Shown here one piece after another: positions 24,106 through 35,440 of a stretch of DNA of 64,000 nt; the first letter of the stretch is position 1; the number at the start of each line of letters is the position of its first letter. The notes below the pieces were generated by a model. That model searched no databases and was not told where the DNA came from. It saw nothing but the letters and a program-made list of their open reading frames with translations. The stretch is from positions 56,484,001 through 56,548,000 of the forward strand of contig CM052817.1 in assembly GCA_028534125.1 (NCBI GenBank), given 5' to 3'. The position numbers and the translations under genes were made by a program. The stretch is from Lama glama. Taxonomy: Eukaryota.

Positions 24106-24949
24106 ATGTAAAATAGTTTTATAAATGTCATTGTCTTTTATTAAATAAGAATAAAGGGTAATTTATTTTCTCTAATTGAGTCTCCTAGGTACTAATGTTA
24201 CCTTAATATTATCTGTAGGGTCTTTTGGGAGGTTTAAGTGCATCTAAGATTTGTATTTCCAGATTTCTCTAGCAAGCAAAGAATTTCTTGCCAACATGAT
24301 GCTAAAAATTCCAAGCACACTCACTTCAAACAGATACTGATTTAAAACACCTCTTCGGGTACCTTGGAATGTAGAAGAAGAATGTGATAATAAGTATAAC
24401 ATTTGTGAAGAATGATACGGAGATCTAAAACTTGAGTCAGTGAGAAGCTGGATAAAATGAGATTGGTTGAGATAAGAAACAAATTCCAGATTAACATGTA
24501 CAAAGTACAGTGGTGCCATTCTAACTTATTAACAGAGTAATGGCTTGAGAAATGAAAAGAATGAATATAATAAACCCAAGAAGGTAAAGAGGGGGAAATA
24601 GAAATTTTGGAGCAGTGAACATTTATATTAGTTGTCCCGTTTAGGCAGCTTAGGAGATCTGTTGGTTTGTACAGAAAGTACTGGAAAAATGAGAGATTCA
24701 ACCAAGCCCACGCATCTTTTTTAGAGTAGCTAGTCCAGCATATTAGTACCCAGACTATGTACTTCGTTAGAATTTAATAATACAAAGGAAAGTAATTTTC
24801 TTTCATAAAAATATATGTTTAAATGATGACTGTGATTGGATCATCGTTAATATGTGAGTTCAAATTAAAAATGAAGCATCTTAGTTTCATGGAAAAATGA
24901 AAGAAGATAGGAGGCCTGAATTCTAGACCTAGTCCTGATACTTCTAACA

Positions 24950-25190
24950 ATATGGTTTAAATTTAAAATGATCACACTGACTGCTCTATGGAGAATAGAC
25001 TTTTGGGTGTGTGTGTTAAAAGTGGAAGCAGGAAAACCATTAAGAGGCCATCATGATAGTCTTGTTAGAAACGAAATTCCTTGGACCAAGTGAAAAGAGG
25101 TGTGGAGCTTATGGTGACAGGATGTGCTGAGGAGTTGGCTGTGGGATGTGAAAGAAGAGAAATCAAGGGTATATGCAAGACATCAAATAC
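24950..25190 (-). mobile_element. L2 relic
   Basis: ATGATCACACTGACTGCTCTATGGAGAATAGAC...AGTGGAAGCAGGAAAACCATTAAGAGGC. Confidence 0.7.
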
Positions 25191-27439
25191 TGTGCTAGAT
25201 GGTAGGGCTTAAATGGTAAACAGTAGCAAAAATAAAATGGCCTCGATTTAAGTAGACTATGGTCTGAGAGAGGCTCTCACTAAAAGGTATTCTTCATAGT
25301 TAACTCAGCACATGGTCCTGTTGTTACAATACAGGAAGTGCTCCATAAGTTTTAATGAAAGAAATGAATAAATTAATCAAGCCCCTATATTGCTAAGTAT
25401 GTAGACTTTCCGGAATAATTATTTGGTTTTTTGAACTTTCATCCTCCTCTTCAGAAGATTATACATTTGAAGTTATACATTTTTATTCACATAATGATAT
25501 AAATTAATTAGAGCTAAATAAGACTAAATTGAGTTTATAGATACTATACCATAAATATTCATCCCTCCAATTTCAGTATTTCTCATGTCTCCCTTCTTCA
25601 TTTTTATGAGATGCTGTAATGTCTCTTTGCTATGGATAATATGCTAAGCCAAAAACTATTAATATGTATTTGTTTTGTGTTTGGTTCTTTTGTCCAAATT
25701 TTCAATATATTTCTGATATTATGTATATATATCATCATTCCAATGTTCCTATCTTACAGTCCCAAAGCACCAAATAAACTGATATTTTGCTTGATATTTA
25801 ATTGATAATCTAGGTAGTTAATTTCATCTATAGAGAAGATGTTTCTCAAATTCATTTCTCACCCCACCAAAAGAAAACAAACAAACAAACGCAAAAGCAC
25901 CTTCCAGCAGTGCACCATAACAAGGTAAGCTGTTTATGGTCAGTTTGATGCCAAGGCAGAGCTTAACAGTCTATTATCCCTTGTCTCTCCCCTTCGCCCT
26001 CATAACAAACTTGAAATTGCATGTCTGTGATCTGAGTTTACCATAACATCCCTGCTTTAACCTTTTAAAAATTCCTTTGAAAACATCTCCAGAGAATGTT
26101 TTAAAGTAAGGAAATTTAGAAAAATATACACAATGTTATCAAGATCTTCTTCAACTTGTAAAAAAAAGCAAATATATTAAGTGTTTCCAGATATTATGGA
26201 CATTCTGTAGAAATACAGGGGCACAGATTTCTATGAATTGTTTGCAAATTATTCCCAAAAGGGGTGAAATCACATTTCCCAGATATCAGACTAAAACTTT
26301 CACAAACAAGAAAAAAAACCTACGTATAAATCTAAATAAACTTGAATTTCATATACATAAGCACAAATAGGGCAAAGGTTTACTGTAATAGGCTTAAAAC
26401 AATATTCAAGAAGAAAGCTAGTTAAAATTCCTATAGTTTAATAATTATAAATTGTAGATGGTTCTAATTATCACCATAGGGCACTTTCCAAACTATGTTC
26501 TTATCTCTACCATTTTCTACCCTAGTATTAACAAAACTTCTTGCCTTTCTAGTGATACTGGCAACAACTTTCTCTACCTCCCCTTCTGACTCTTCAGCAA
26601 TAAGACTAATAAGAGTAAATTCCTTTTCTGTATTAAAATACGACCTTAAAGAGTGAAGGGAAAGTGGGGGAGGGGACATGGGGGAGGGGCAGGTCATGCC
26701 AGCACAAACACGGACATGAGCCTGTGCACACGCATATACACATGCATGTGAATAGATATTTATTTTAAACTTTTATTTGTGCGTTTAAACCCATCATTTG
26801 TTGCAAATTGTTTGATTGTGAAGCTTTTATAATATTTTGTTTTATTTTTAGAAACAGTTCTTTTACTTGGGGACAACTGTACAAAGTGTTAAGAAAAATG
26901 CAATGCTGATTTGGCACAGAAAAAATTATGACCTTTATATAGCTTGTGCAGTGTGCTATTATAAATATCTCTTTACAGGTCTTTCTACTTAGCTAATTTG
27001 TAAAACTGTGTTTTATTCTTTCTTGGTCATTTTAACAAATGTTCACTAACTGCCTACCTCTGTATTTCATTAAATCTAGCAAGTCATCAATGGTAAATTA
27101 TACTATATTATTTTATGCACATATAAGAAAAATAATCTATTCAATTGATCTATGATCTGCTATCAATAGTAAATTACACCCTGTTTATAAAGATATTTTA
27201 AAAGTTTTAAAATGTACACTTCAGACTAAATGAAATCTAGTACATACAAGAGATTATTTTAGATGTCCAGTATATAATCAGTGGAAGAAAAAAAATATTA
27301 AAGTCCTTGCCCTCACAGGAAGTACATTTCAGAAAGAAAAACAAACTGTAATAGACAACACAAATATATGAATGAGTTATCTTAGATGTTTATAAATGCC
27401 ATAAAAATAGAAAAGACGAGCGCGTGTGACCAGGTTGAC

Positions 27440-27690
27440 TTTTTTTTTATGGTAATTCAGTATTTTATTTATTCTTTATTTATTCTATTAATAACTACTA
27501 TTTAAGAACAGTTATAATATTAATGGAACAATCTAAGGGAAATTCAACTTACTTTTTTTACATTTCAATATTGGGTGTTAATCAGAAAGATGGTCAAAGT
27601 AAGTCAAAAACTTATCATAAAAGTTTGCTGTTTAGTCTACATACAATTCAGTTTTTGGTTTAAAGTTCTTTGGCTGCAAGAACTTTAATA
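27440..27690 (-). pseudogene. Probable retroposed mRNA 3'UTR fragment inserted in L2
   Basis: Non-L2 AT-rich insert; minus strand ends AATAAAATACTGAATTACCAT-A9; L2 resumes on both sides. Confidence 0.5.
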
Positions 27691-28630
27691 GAGTTGCTGA
27701 ATAGGGTGGAATCATTTAGGTGATAACATCTAAACAAAGACTAAAAGAAGTGAGTGATTTTTCCATGTGGATTTTTGTGATTGATCACTCCAGGCAAAAC
27801 GAAGAGCTAGTGCAAATGTCCTGTGGCAGGAATGTCCTGGCTAGAATGAGGAAAAGCAGGGAAGGGGATATAACCGGAGAAGTATGAGCAAGAGAAAAGC
27901 AAAAGGGAATGAAGTGATAAAGGTAAGAGGGAGTTGGATCACTTGGAACCTTGTGCGCCATCAAAAGGACTTTAACCATACATTGAGTAAAATGGAAATC
28001 TTCTGTAGTGTTTAGAACTGAATAACTTGATCTGGTCCATGTTCTAACAAGATAATTCTTGCTGCAAATAAAAACTGTTAACTGTGCTTCAGGTATGAAG
28101 AGTGTTGAGAAGAAATCTGACTTTGGATATACTCTGAAAGTAAAGCTAACATAGTTTCTTAACAGATTGGATGCAGAGCTATGAGAAATAGAGAAGAGTC
28201 AAAGAATGTTCCAAACATTTTGGCCTGAGTAACTAAAAAGGTGCAGTGTCCTCGACTGAAATGAGAAGGCCAGAGGTAAAGAGACTTTTGGGAAGCCAAG
28301 AGTTCAATTTTGGACATATTGATGCATGGTGTCTTATAGATTCCAAATGGAGATATTGAGTAGGTGGTTGGATATATGAGTCCAGAATTTAGGAAAGTGG
28401 TCGAGGGTTAGAGATACCACTGTGGCAGTCATTAGTGTGCAAATAGTCTTCAGTCATGACACTGGGTGGTGTATCATAAAGAGAAAGAGTATGGACAGAT
28501 AAGAAGAGGGAGCCAAAGCCTGAGAACTTGAAGACGCCAACATCAAGAGTTCAAGGAGAAGAGGAGAAACCAGCAAAGAAATCAAAGAATTGTTCAGTAA
28601 AGTAAGTGGAGAATCAAAAGTGCAAGTGTT

Positions 28631-28823
28631 TCCCAGGGGGAAGGGGGTGGGAAGGGACAGACTGGGAGATCAAAATTTGTAGATACTGACAGCCATATAC
28701 AGAGTAGATAAACAAGATTATACTGTGTAGCACAGGGAAATATATACAAGATCTTGTGGTAGCTTACAGCAAAAAAAAAAATGTGACAATGAATATATGT
28801 ATGTTCATGTATAACTAAAAAAA
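28631..28823 (+). mobile_element. Young camelid-type L1 3'UTR fragment with perfect 15-bp TSD
   Basis: GGGAAGGGACAGACTGGGAG...GTAGCACAGGGAAATATATACAAGATCTTGTGGTAGC...; TSD AAAAGTGCAAGTGTT at 28616-28630 and 28824-28838. Confidence 0.92.
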
Positions 28824-29364
28824 AAAAGTGCAAGTGTTGTGAAATCAGATTTAACCTCGGTAAGCTAAGCAGTCTAGAGTAAGTGCTCAGTAATTGTTAA
28901 ATGAGTAAATCGTTTTTTATCCATTGCCTATTTTATGGCTCGTGTACACCTATTCTCTCAGCCAACTACAATACAGTGATGATATCTGTTTTTCTGCTAC
29001 CGCTAAAATACAGAATTCAGATAAAAGATCCTTAGCAAGCTCTTCACAGTAATCAAGGGGTATGAGGGGGTGCACTGTACATAAATTTATAAAGGACAGA
29101 TCAGGGAAGAGAGGGGATAGGAAACTCTTTCTGTCAAATGGTGATATTTATGGTCAGTTCTGTTAAATTTTTCTGGGTGACAAAGTTGACATTAATGCTC
29201 AAAATGATGTCTGCAGATTATAAATAGATTTAAATTCTTTTCTTACTTCCTTTCATATTTGTCTTTTTGTAACGAGAACAGAAATGCATTCATCCAAGCA
29301 AAATAGTAACCATCATAATTGCTTGTAGGTTTTTTTTGCTTTTGGTCATATAAATTCCAGTTCT

Positions 29365-29800
29365 AGCTATGTTCATGAAGAAGAATTCAAGCAGACTGGC
29401 TGAACATTTACCACCCTGATGAAAAATGGTGTTCTAGGGAAAAAATGGTGTTTTAGGTACAGCATTTCAATTTTGGTGCTGTGGATAAAAATGTAGTAAG
29501 TCAAATATTTATATGCTATTCATTTCTGACAAAGCCTGTTCAGCAGGGACACAAAAAACACTTATTTTAGGAGGAACAAAAGCCTAGATAAAAATCCCTG
29601 TCATATAATTGACTGCGGTTTAGAGTTTACTACTGCTATTAATGGGCATCCTCTATTAGATGGTATACTGAGATAGTATTAGACAGGTGACAGGAAGAGA
29701 AGGATTTATGAAATAAACTAAGGAGAGATAACACTGAGGTTACATGGAGACATATAAGTCAGAGAAATTGAGGAGTAGATAGAAATAGCATTACAAAATA
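29365..29800 (+). mobile_element. Possible ancient CR1/L3 LINE RT-region relic
   Basis: Colinear weak matches to recalled L3 consensus: GTTCATGAAGAAGAATTCAAGCAGACT, TCTGACAAAG, GCCTAGATAA, CTATTAATGG, ATAGAAATAGCATTACAAAA. Confidence 0.35.
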
Positions 29801-29947
29801 CATCAAGGTCAAGCAACTCATACGGCAGAACTGAGTGAATCAAGTCTGATCTAACACTGTCAGACTGCTCCGGAGACTACTGCGGAGACAGACAAGTCAG
29901 AACAAACCATTCAAAATGTATCACTGTGTTTGTCTTATAAAATAATG

Positions 29948-29995
29948 AATTATATATATGTGTGTGTGTGGTGTGTGTGTGTTTTACATATATAT
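29948..29995. repeat. Compound (TA)n(TG)n microsatellite
   Basis: Directly visible. Confidence 0.9.
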
Positions 29996-32352
29996 GATGT
30001 AATATAATTAAAATGATTTCAACTGAAAGGCTAGAAAATTCAGAGTAATTGCAATGAATAAAACAGTAAAAGGATAGTTACTCAATTTAGGACAAAATTT
30101 TAATATTCTTTTATATTAGTAAGTAATTACAAAGAGTTAGAGAGTTGGGGTCAAATAATTCAAAGTAATTCAAAGATTTGTTTATAATAATCTTAATAGT
30201 TGTCACATCTTCCATCTTCCTGTCCCTTCTATCTATCTAATGAATTCATTCCACATAAAATATGGCTTTAATTATGTTATCTCTTTTTGCTATAACTGCT
30301 ATTCAGAATTATTTAATAACTCCACACAAAGAAGTAAATCACAAACACTTGGACATGGCATCAAAAGCTGACACCGCCTGTCTCCATTCTACAGATGAAT
30401 CACTTATTATTTCTCAGTAAGACTCCTTGGATCTGGTAGATGGGTTGGAGCTGCTTTTCTAGTTACAGCCTCTTGGTTTTCTTATCCCTTAATCTTCTCT
30501 TCAACTGTCTTGGCCTCCACTCCCCACACTCCACCACTGTTGCCTTATTTCACCTCATTCCAATTCAAGTCCCACCTCCGTCTAATGACTTTCCTATTTC
30601 CTTTAACCCCGAAGCAAAATCTTACCTCCTATAATTGGATGCCACTTTTTTCTTGGAAAATAATGGTTCCTGTGCTTATATGTGACAACCACAAAGCCTA
30701 AATGTTGTTAGAATGTGAGGAATGTGATGAATAATGATGAATTCATTTCTTTGATGCTAAGAAACCTGACTTGATGTCTCACAGTAGATGTCTCATAGAC
30801 AAAAATATTAGCATACATATTTAGTCAATCATTTGATTAAAATGGGGGATGAAAAAAACCTACAACTACCTTAAGCATTTTATTTTAACATAAAGTGTAA
30901 AATGCACATCCACTCACCCATTATTTTTCATGTAGGAGCAAAATCTTTTATTTAAATGTTTAAAGTTCTGCACTGCTTTCCCTGCATAAACTACTGTCTC
31001 ATGTGTGAATTTCAGCTTGAGTTTCTTCAAAGTGAGTGGGAACTTAAGGCAGTTGCCAAGCAATGTGATATAGAAGATCTCCAGATTTTTTTTCTCCCGA
31101 TTTTTTTCAGTCTTCTGCCTATGCATCATTCAGCAGATTTTCTTTTCCTTTTATCTTCAAGTCTATCCTAAGCATTCAAGTCCGTTTTCATACAAGCATC
31201 AACACTTCATCTTTCACATCCATATTTCATCTGAACAAGTATACTTAAAGTTTATAATTGCAACAACAATATTAACTGGAATAAATAGATTTAGGAATGA
31301 ACACAAGTGATTCTTGATAAAGACTGAACTATAAACACACAAGCTTTTCAGCCAGGACTTCAGTTTGCAATGGGCACCCATCAGCATAATTAACAGCGTT
31401 GATTAGCTAAAGATCAGTTAGGTTTTTTAAAATTATAAAACAAATGCTCAACAAATACAAATTGAGCAACCATAAGCTCAACACTGTGACTGTAAGTCAG
31501 CAGTTGTCAGAGTGAAGAGCATGTGGAAGGCAGAGATACAGGGATGAGTGAACAGGAGTCCCAGCATCAAAGACATTACAATTTCTCTGGTGCTTTATGA
31601 GAGCTTGAAAAACTGCACAGAAGTAAAGCACAGTCTCTGGTCTTAAGTCATATGAAAACCACACAAATGGCTTGAAGCTGAGGTAAGTGCTCCAAGACTG
31701 CCTCCAAGCCTCTCCTGAGGACCAGCCAGTCCACTCTGTTTGTTCCTTCTGGCTTCCGACCAGGTGCTCTTGCCCGTGCTGACTCCCTGGTCCATGTCTG
31801 CTGCCTGCCCTCGCGGGGTCTGACCAACAGGAGCACCTAGGAGTTACTACAGGGGCTCTTACCCTAACTCCTGGGGTACGAGCAACAGGAGTCATCTACG
31901 ACCACCACTACAATGACTCTGATCCTAGAACAAGTTACATAGACATGGGGACAATAATCTTAAGTATTTTCCCAGTTCTAAGATTCCTCACAGGCTGACA
32001 AGTCCAGTAGGGAGACACACAGGCATGAAGCCACGTGGACTGCTGCTAGTGCTGTCTCTCAGGGTGGAATTAGCTGCCAGACCATCAGTGATTCTTCCTC
32101 AGTTATACTTGACTTCGTGTGAGTGTAAGTTTCCTCTTGTTCTCATCATCAGACCACTGGTGTGGGGAGGAAGGTTCATCACTTGAACAGGGACTTCAGC
32201 CTGTTCACTTCTGCCACACTGGACGCTCTATTGCATTTGATCCAGCCCAACTGTGCCTAAAGCTCAGTGGATTTTTGTGGTCTAATTTCCACAAAGTGTC
32301 AGATCTCTGATTTGTGAATTCACTGACTTTATATTTACTGTTTCTATTAAAG

Positions 32353-32797
32353 CAATGATTAATTTTATGAGTTAACTTGACTGGGCCACTAAATATCTGG
32401 GCTCAGATATTTAGTCAAACATTATACCAAGGGTTTCAGTGAGGGTAGTTCTAGATGAGGTTAACATTAAAATCAGCAGACTGCCTTCCATAACATGGAT
32501 GGGCCTCATCCAATCAGTTGAAGGCAATGAATAGAACAAAAAGGCCGATCCTCCACTGAGTAAATAAGATTCCTTCCTGCCTGAGAGTCTTCAAACCAGG
32601 ACATTGACTTTTTTCCTGCTTTAGTACTGAACTGAAATAGCAGGTCTTCCTGGGTCTCAAGTCTGTCTGCTGGCCCTTGCACTGGAACTACACCATCTCT
32701 CTCCTGGGTTTCCAGCTTGCCAACTCAGACAGCAAATCTTGGGACTTGCCAGCCTCCATAATTGTGTGAGCTGTTTCTCAGGGGAAGCCTGACTAAA
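32353..32797 (+). mobile_element. MLT2 (MLT2B-like) ERVL solo LTR
   Basis: TTAATTTTATGAGTTAACTTGACTGGGCCAC...GATGGGCCTCATCCAATCAGTTGAAGGC...GGGACTTGCCAGCCTCCATAATTGTGTGAG...CCTGACTAA. Confidence 0.92.
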
Positions 32798-33682
32798 AAA
32801 CTAAGAAGCATTTTTTATATTTTCCTTTTCAAAGGCAGTATCTTCTCCCTCTAAATTCTTGCTCTGATTAATTCTGTTGCGCCTATAAGCTATCTGCTCC
32901 TTTTTGTCTTAGCTTCCTCTTCAGACCAGTGTCTGGGTTGGATGGACTGCTTCGCTTTGGATTTCTTTTTACCCCAGTCATGACTCTCCAAATGCTTACC
33001 TCAACTGTAAGCACAGAAATTCAAAAGCAGTTCTCATTCTGCCCAGGTGCTTAGTTTAGATTGCCAGATCAACACATCCTAGCCTTTATAAGCACCCAAG
33101 CTCCTACTTACTTGATTTAGAAAGTATCACATATGACTTAGTAGAAAAAGAAATTCAAGAGATATTTATTTTGGGAACATTCTCCTACAGAAACACACAC
33201 ACACAAAACTTTGTAATGATTCAACATCAAGTTAGCAACGGGCCTAAAATATCATACATGACTATTATAATTTGTAAAACTTATGAGTAATCTTGTTAAA
33301 CCAAGTCACTTTTGGAATTATTTAGAATGTCTGGAAATTAAAAAAACAAAAAACAAAAACTCAGCATTTTATGCAACCACAGATGGTATGAGAAGAGATG
33401 GCTTTTATTCTTTAAAAAAGTGACAATCTACTTATTAAAAACCCCTAAAGTAGTCACTTGACCACTTTTTCTGGGAATGTTGGGACATCCTGCATTAGAT
33501 GGAAGGCACATTGTCTGACCCCAAAAGTCAAAGCAAATGAGAACCAAAACCTTAGTACCTCACTAAAGTGATGCTATGAGCAGCGGCTAATTAGGAATAT
33601 AGACGTCCTGACAAACCAGGCAGTAATGACAACAAGCATGCAAACTCTGGAAAATGCTGGAGTTTCTTGCATAGAGACTTAC

Positions 33683-33747
33683 CGTCTCTAAATACAATAG
33701 AATTTATTTTTGTCTGTCATGTAGATTGATCCATCCTAAAGTCCCAA
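33683..33747 (-). other. Candidate spliced exon (65 nt), non-coding or terminal-coding
   Basis: Minus strand TTGTTTTTCTTTTATTTATAG|TTGGGA...GAGACG|GTAAGT; stops in all three frames. Confidence 0.3.
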
Positions 33748-33988
33748 CTATAAATAAAAGAAAAACAAGGTTTAAAAGTCCTGCACCTTTGGATATACTG
33801 CAGTTCAGTATCCGTCACCTACTTCTATTTGGGTCTTGAGTGTTTTTTGGTCTCCTGTGTACATGTGAATCATCAAGAAGATTCACAAGTCACAACTCCA
33901 TATTCCTGGCACCTCTAACTTCGTCTTAGAGGAGGAAATGAAACATCAAAAGGCTCAATTTGATTAGCAATGAATGAATTTGCCATAC

Positions 33989-34046
33989 CTTCTGTTCTCT
34001 TCATGAAGTGAGAAAGTTTTCCAGCGTCAGTGAGACATGGAGTACA
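33989..34046 (-). other. Candidate spliced exon (58 nt)
   Basis: Minus strand TCTTTGTCTTTTCCTGCAG|TGTACT...CAGAAG|GTATGG; one open frame CTPCLTDAGKLSHFMKRTE. Confidence 0.3.
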
Positions 34047-34314
34047 CTGCAGGAAAAGACAAAGATTATATTATGGGGAAATAAGGCAGTATTTCCAGCA
34101 TGTATAATTAAAGGCAGATGAATTTAACATTTCATTGATGAATTTAACATTTCATAGAATAAAACATGAGAATACAGCTGCTGAGAAACAGGAATGGTAT
34201 CTCATAAATATAGGGTTTATCTGAAATACCCCAAATCCATTCAAATATATACTCTTAATTTCTTATATCAGCAGAACATATTATGAGCACGGATCTTGCA
34301 TCATCTTCAATGTA

Positions 34315-35250
34315 AGATTCAAGAAATATTCACTGCAAGTCTACTACATGCTAGGTACTGTATTAAGCACTGCATTTTTAAATTATTATTTTTGAAGTAT
34401 AGTTGATTTACAATGTTGTGTTAATTTCAGGTGTACAGCAAAGTGATTCAATTGTACATGTACATATTCTTTTTCAGATTCTTTTCTATTATAGGTTATT
34501 ATAAGATGTGAATATAGTTCCCTGTGCTATACAGTAGGTCCTTGTTGTTTATCTATTTTATATATAGTAGTGTATATATGTTAATCTCAAACTCCTAATT
34601 TATCCTTCCACTTTCCCCTCTGGTAACCATAGTTTGTTTTCTATGTCTGTGAGTCTATTTTTAGTTTGCAAATAAGTTCATTTGTATCATTTTTTTTAGC
34701 ACTCTGTGTTAATGGATATATTGAATACAGTTCTAATCTTCATAAAGCTAAGAGCCTACAGGAGAGAGGTCAGAAAATTTAATATTATATACTGTAATAT
34801 GCTCAAGTACAAGGTATTCAGGGTGCTGTGGGAGCAATGAGATTGAAACATTCACCTTGGTATACCGATGATCACATCCCAGAGCCTAGAAGGAGCAGTA
34901 GGAATTCCCCAGGAAAAGAAAATCAAGGAAAGCATTTCAGGCAGAAAGGATATTGTTTTAAGTATGCTTGAGGGTGTTTAACACTGTGTCCTATACGGGT
35001 AAATACAAATAGTTCAGTGTGGACAGACTGACAGACATGATTTACAAAGATTGAGAGAGGACATAAGAAAATAGAAGTCAGATGTGCAGAGCTTTGCATT
35101 TCATGGTAAGGAGGCTGGCTTTTTCTTAGATGTGTTATTTGAAGAATTTTAAGCAAAGGAGTCATAATGTAAATCAGATTTATGTTTTACACTGGCTACG
35201 ACACTAGCTGTAATGTGGAGAATGTGTAGAAGGAGATTTAAGTAGGAAAC
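34315..35250 (-). mobile_element. L2 LINE interrupted by L1 3' end
   Basis: ATTCAAGAAATATTCACTG...CTACTACATGCTAGGTACTGTATTAAGCAC; resumes after 34697 with GGGTGCTGTGGGAGCA...AAGCATTTCAGGCAGA...TTTTAAGCAAAGGAG. Confidence 0.8.
34375..34697 (-). mobile_element. Artiodactyl L1 3' end, 5'-truncated
   Basis: TTGAAGTATAGTTGATTTACAATGTTGTGTTAATTTCAGGTGTACAGCAAAGTGATTCA...TTCCCTGTGCTATACAGTAGGTCCTTGTTG...GGTAACCATAGTTTGTTTTCTATGTCTGTGAGTC. Confidence 0.92.
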
Positions 35251-35289
35251 ACCTGGGCTTGATCAAGTGACACTATGCATTCACCCACC

Positions 35290-35440
35290 CTTCTTTATCA
35301 ACACATCTTTAATCCTTACCATTTGCCAGGCACTTTGCATATCCTACCTCACTGAATTCCTATAAGAGTTGTATGAGTTAATTACCTTAACCCACTCCTA
35401 GTAAGGAAACTGAAGTGTAGAAAGTTAAATGAGATGTTAA
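35290..35440 (-). mobile_element. MIR SINE
   Basis: CTTACCATTTGCCAGGCACTTTGCAT...TAAGGAAACTGAAGTGTAGAAAGTTAAATGA. Confidence 0.7.

Larger units (their letters stand above)
27290..28855 (-). mobile_element. L2 LINE, interrupted by two younger insertions
   Basis: CCTTGCCCTCACAGG...; GCAAATGTCCTGTGGCAGGAATG; TTTTGGCCTGAGTAACT; GAGTTCAATTTTGGACATATT; GAGGAGAAACCAGCAAAG. Confidence 0.85.

Noticed and set aside
31497..31895. 132-aa minus ORF in a GC-rich patch
   Set aside because: No recognisable product or splice structure; the patch may be an old LTR that I cannot name.
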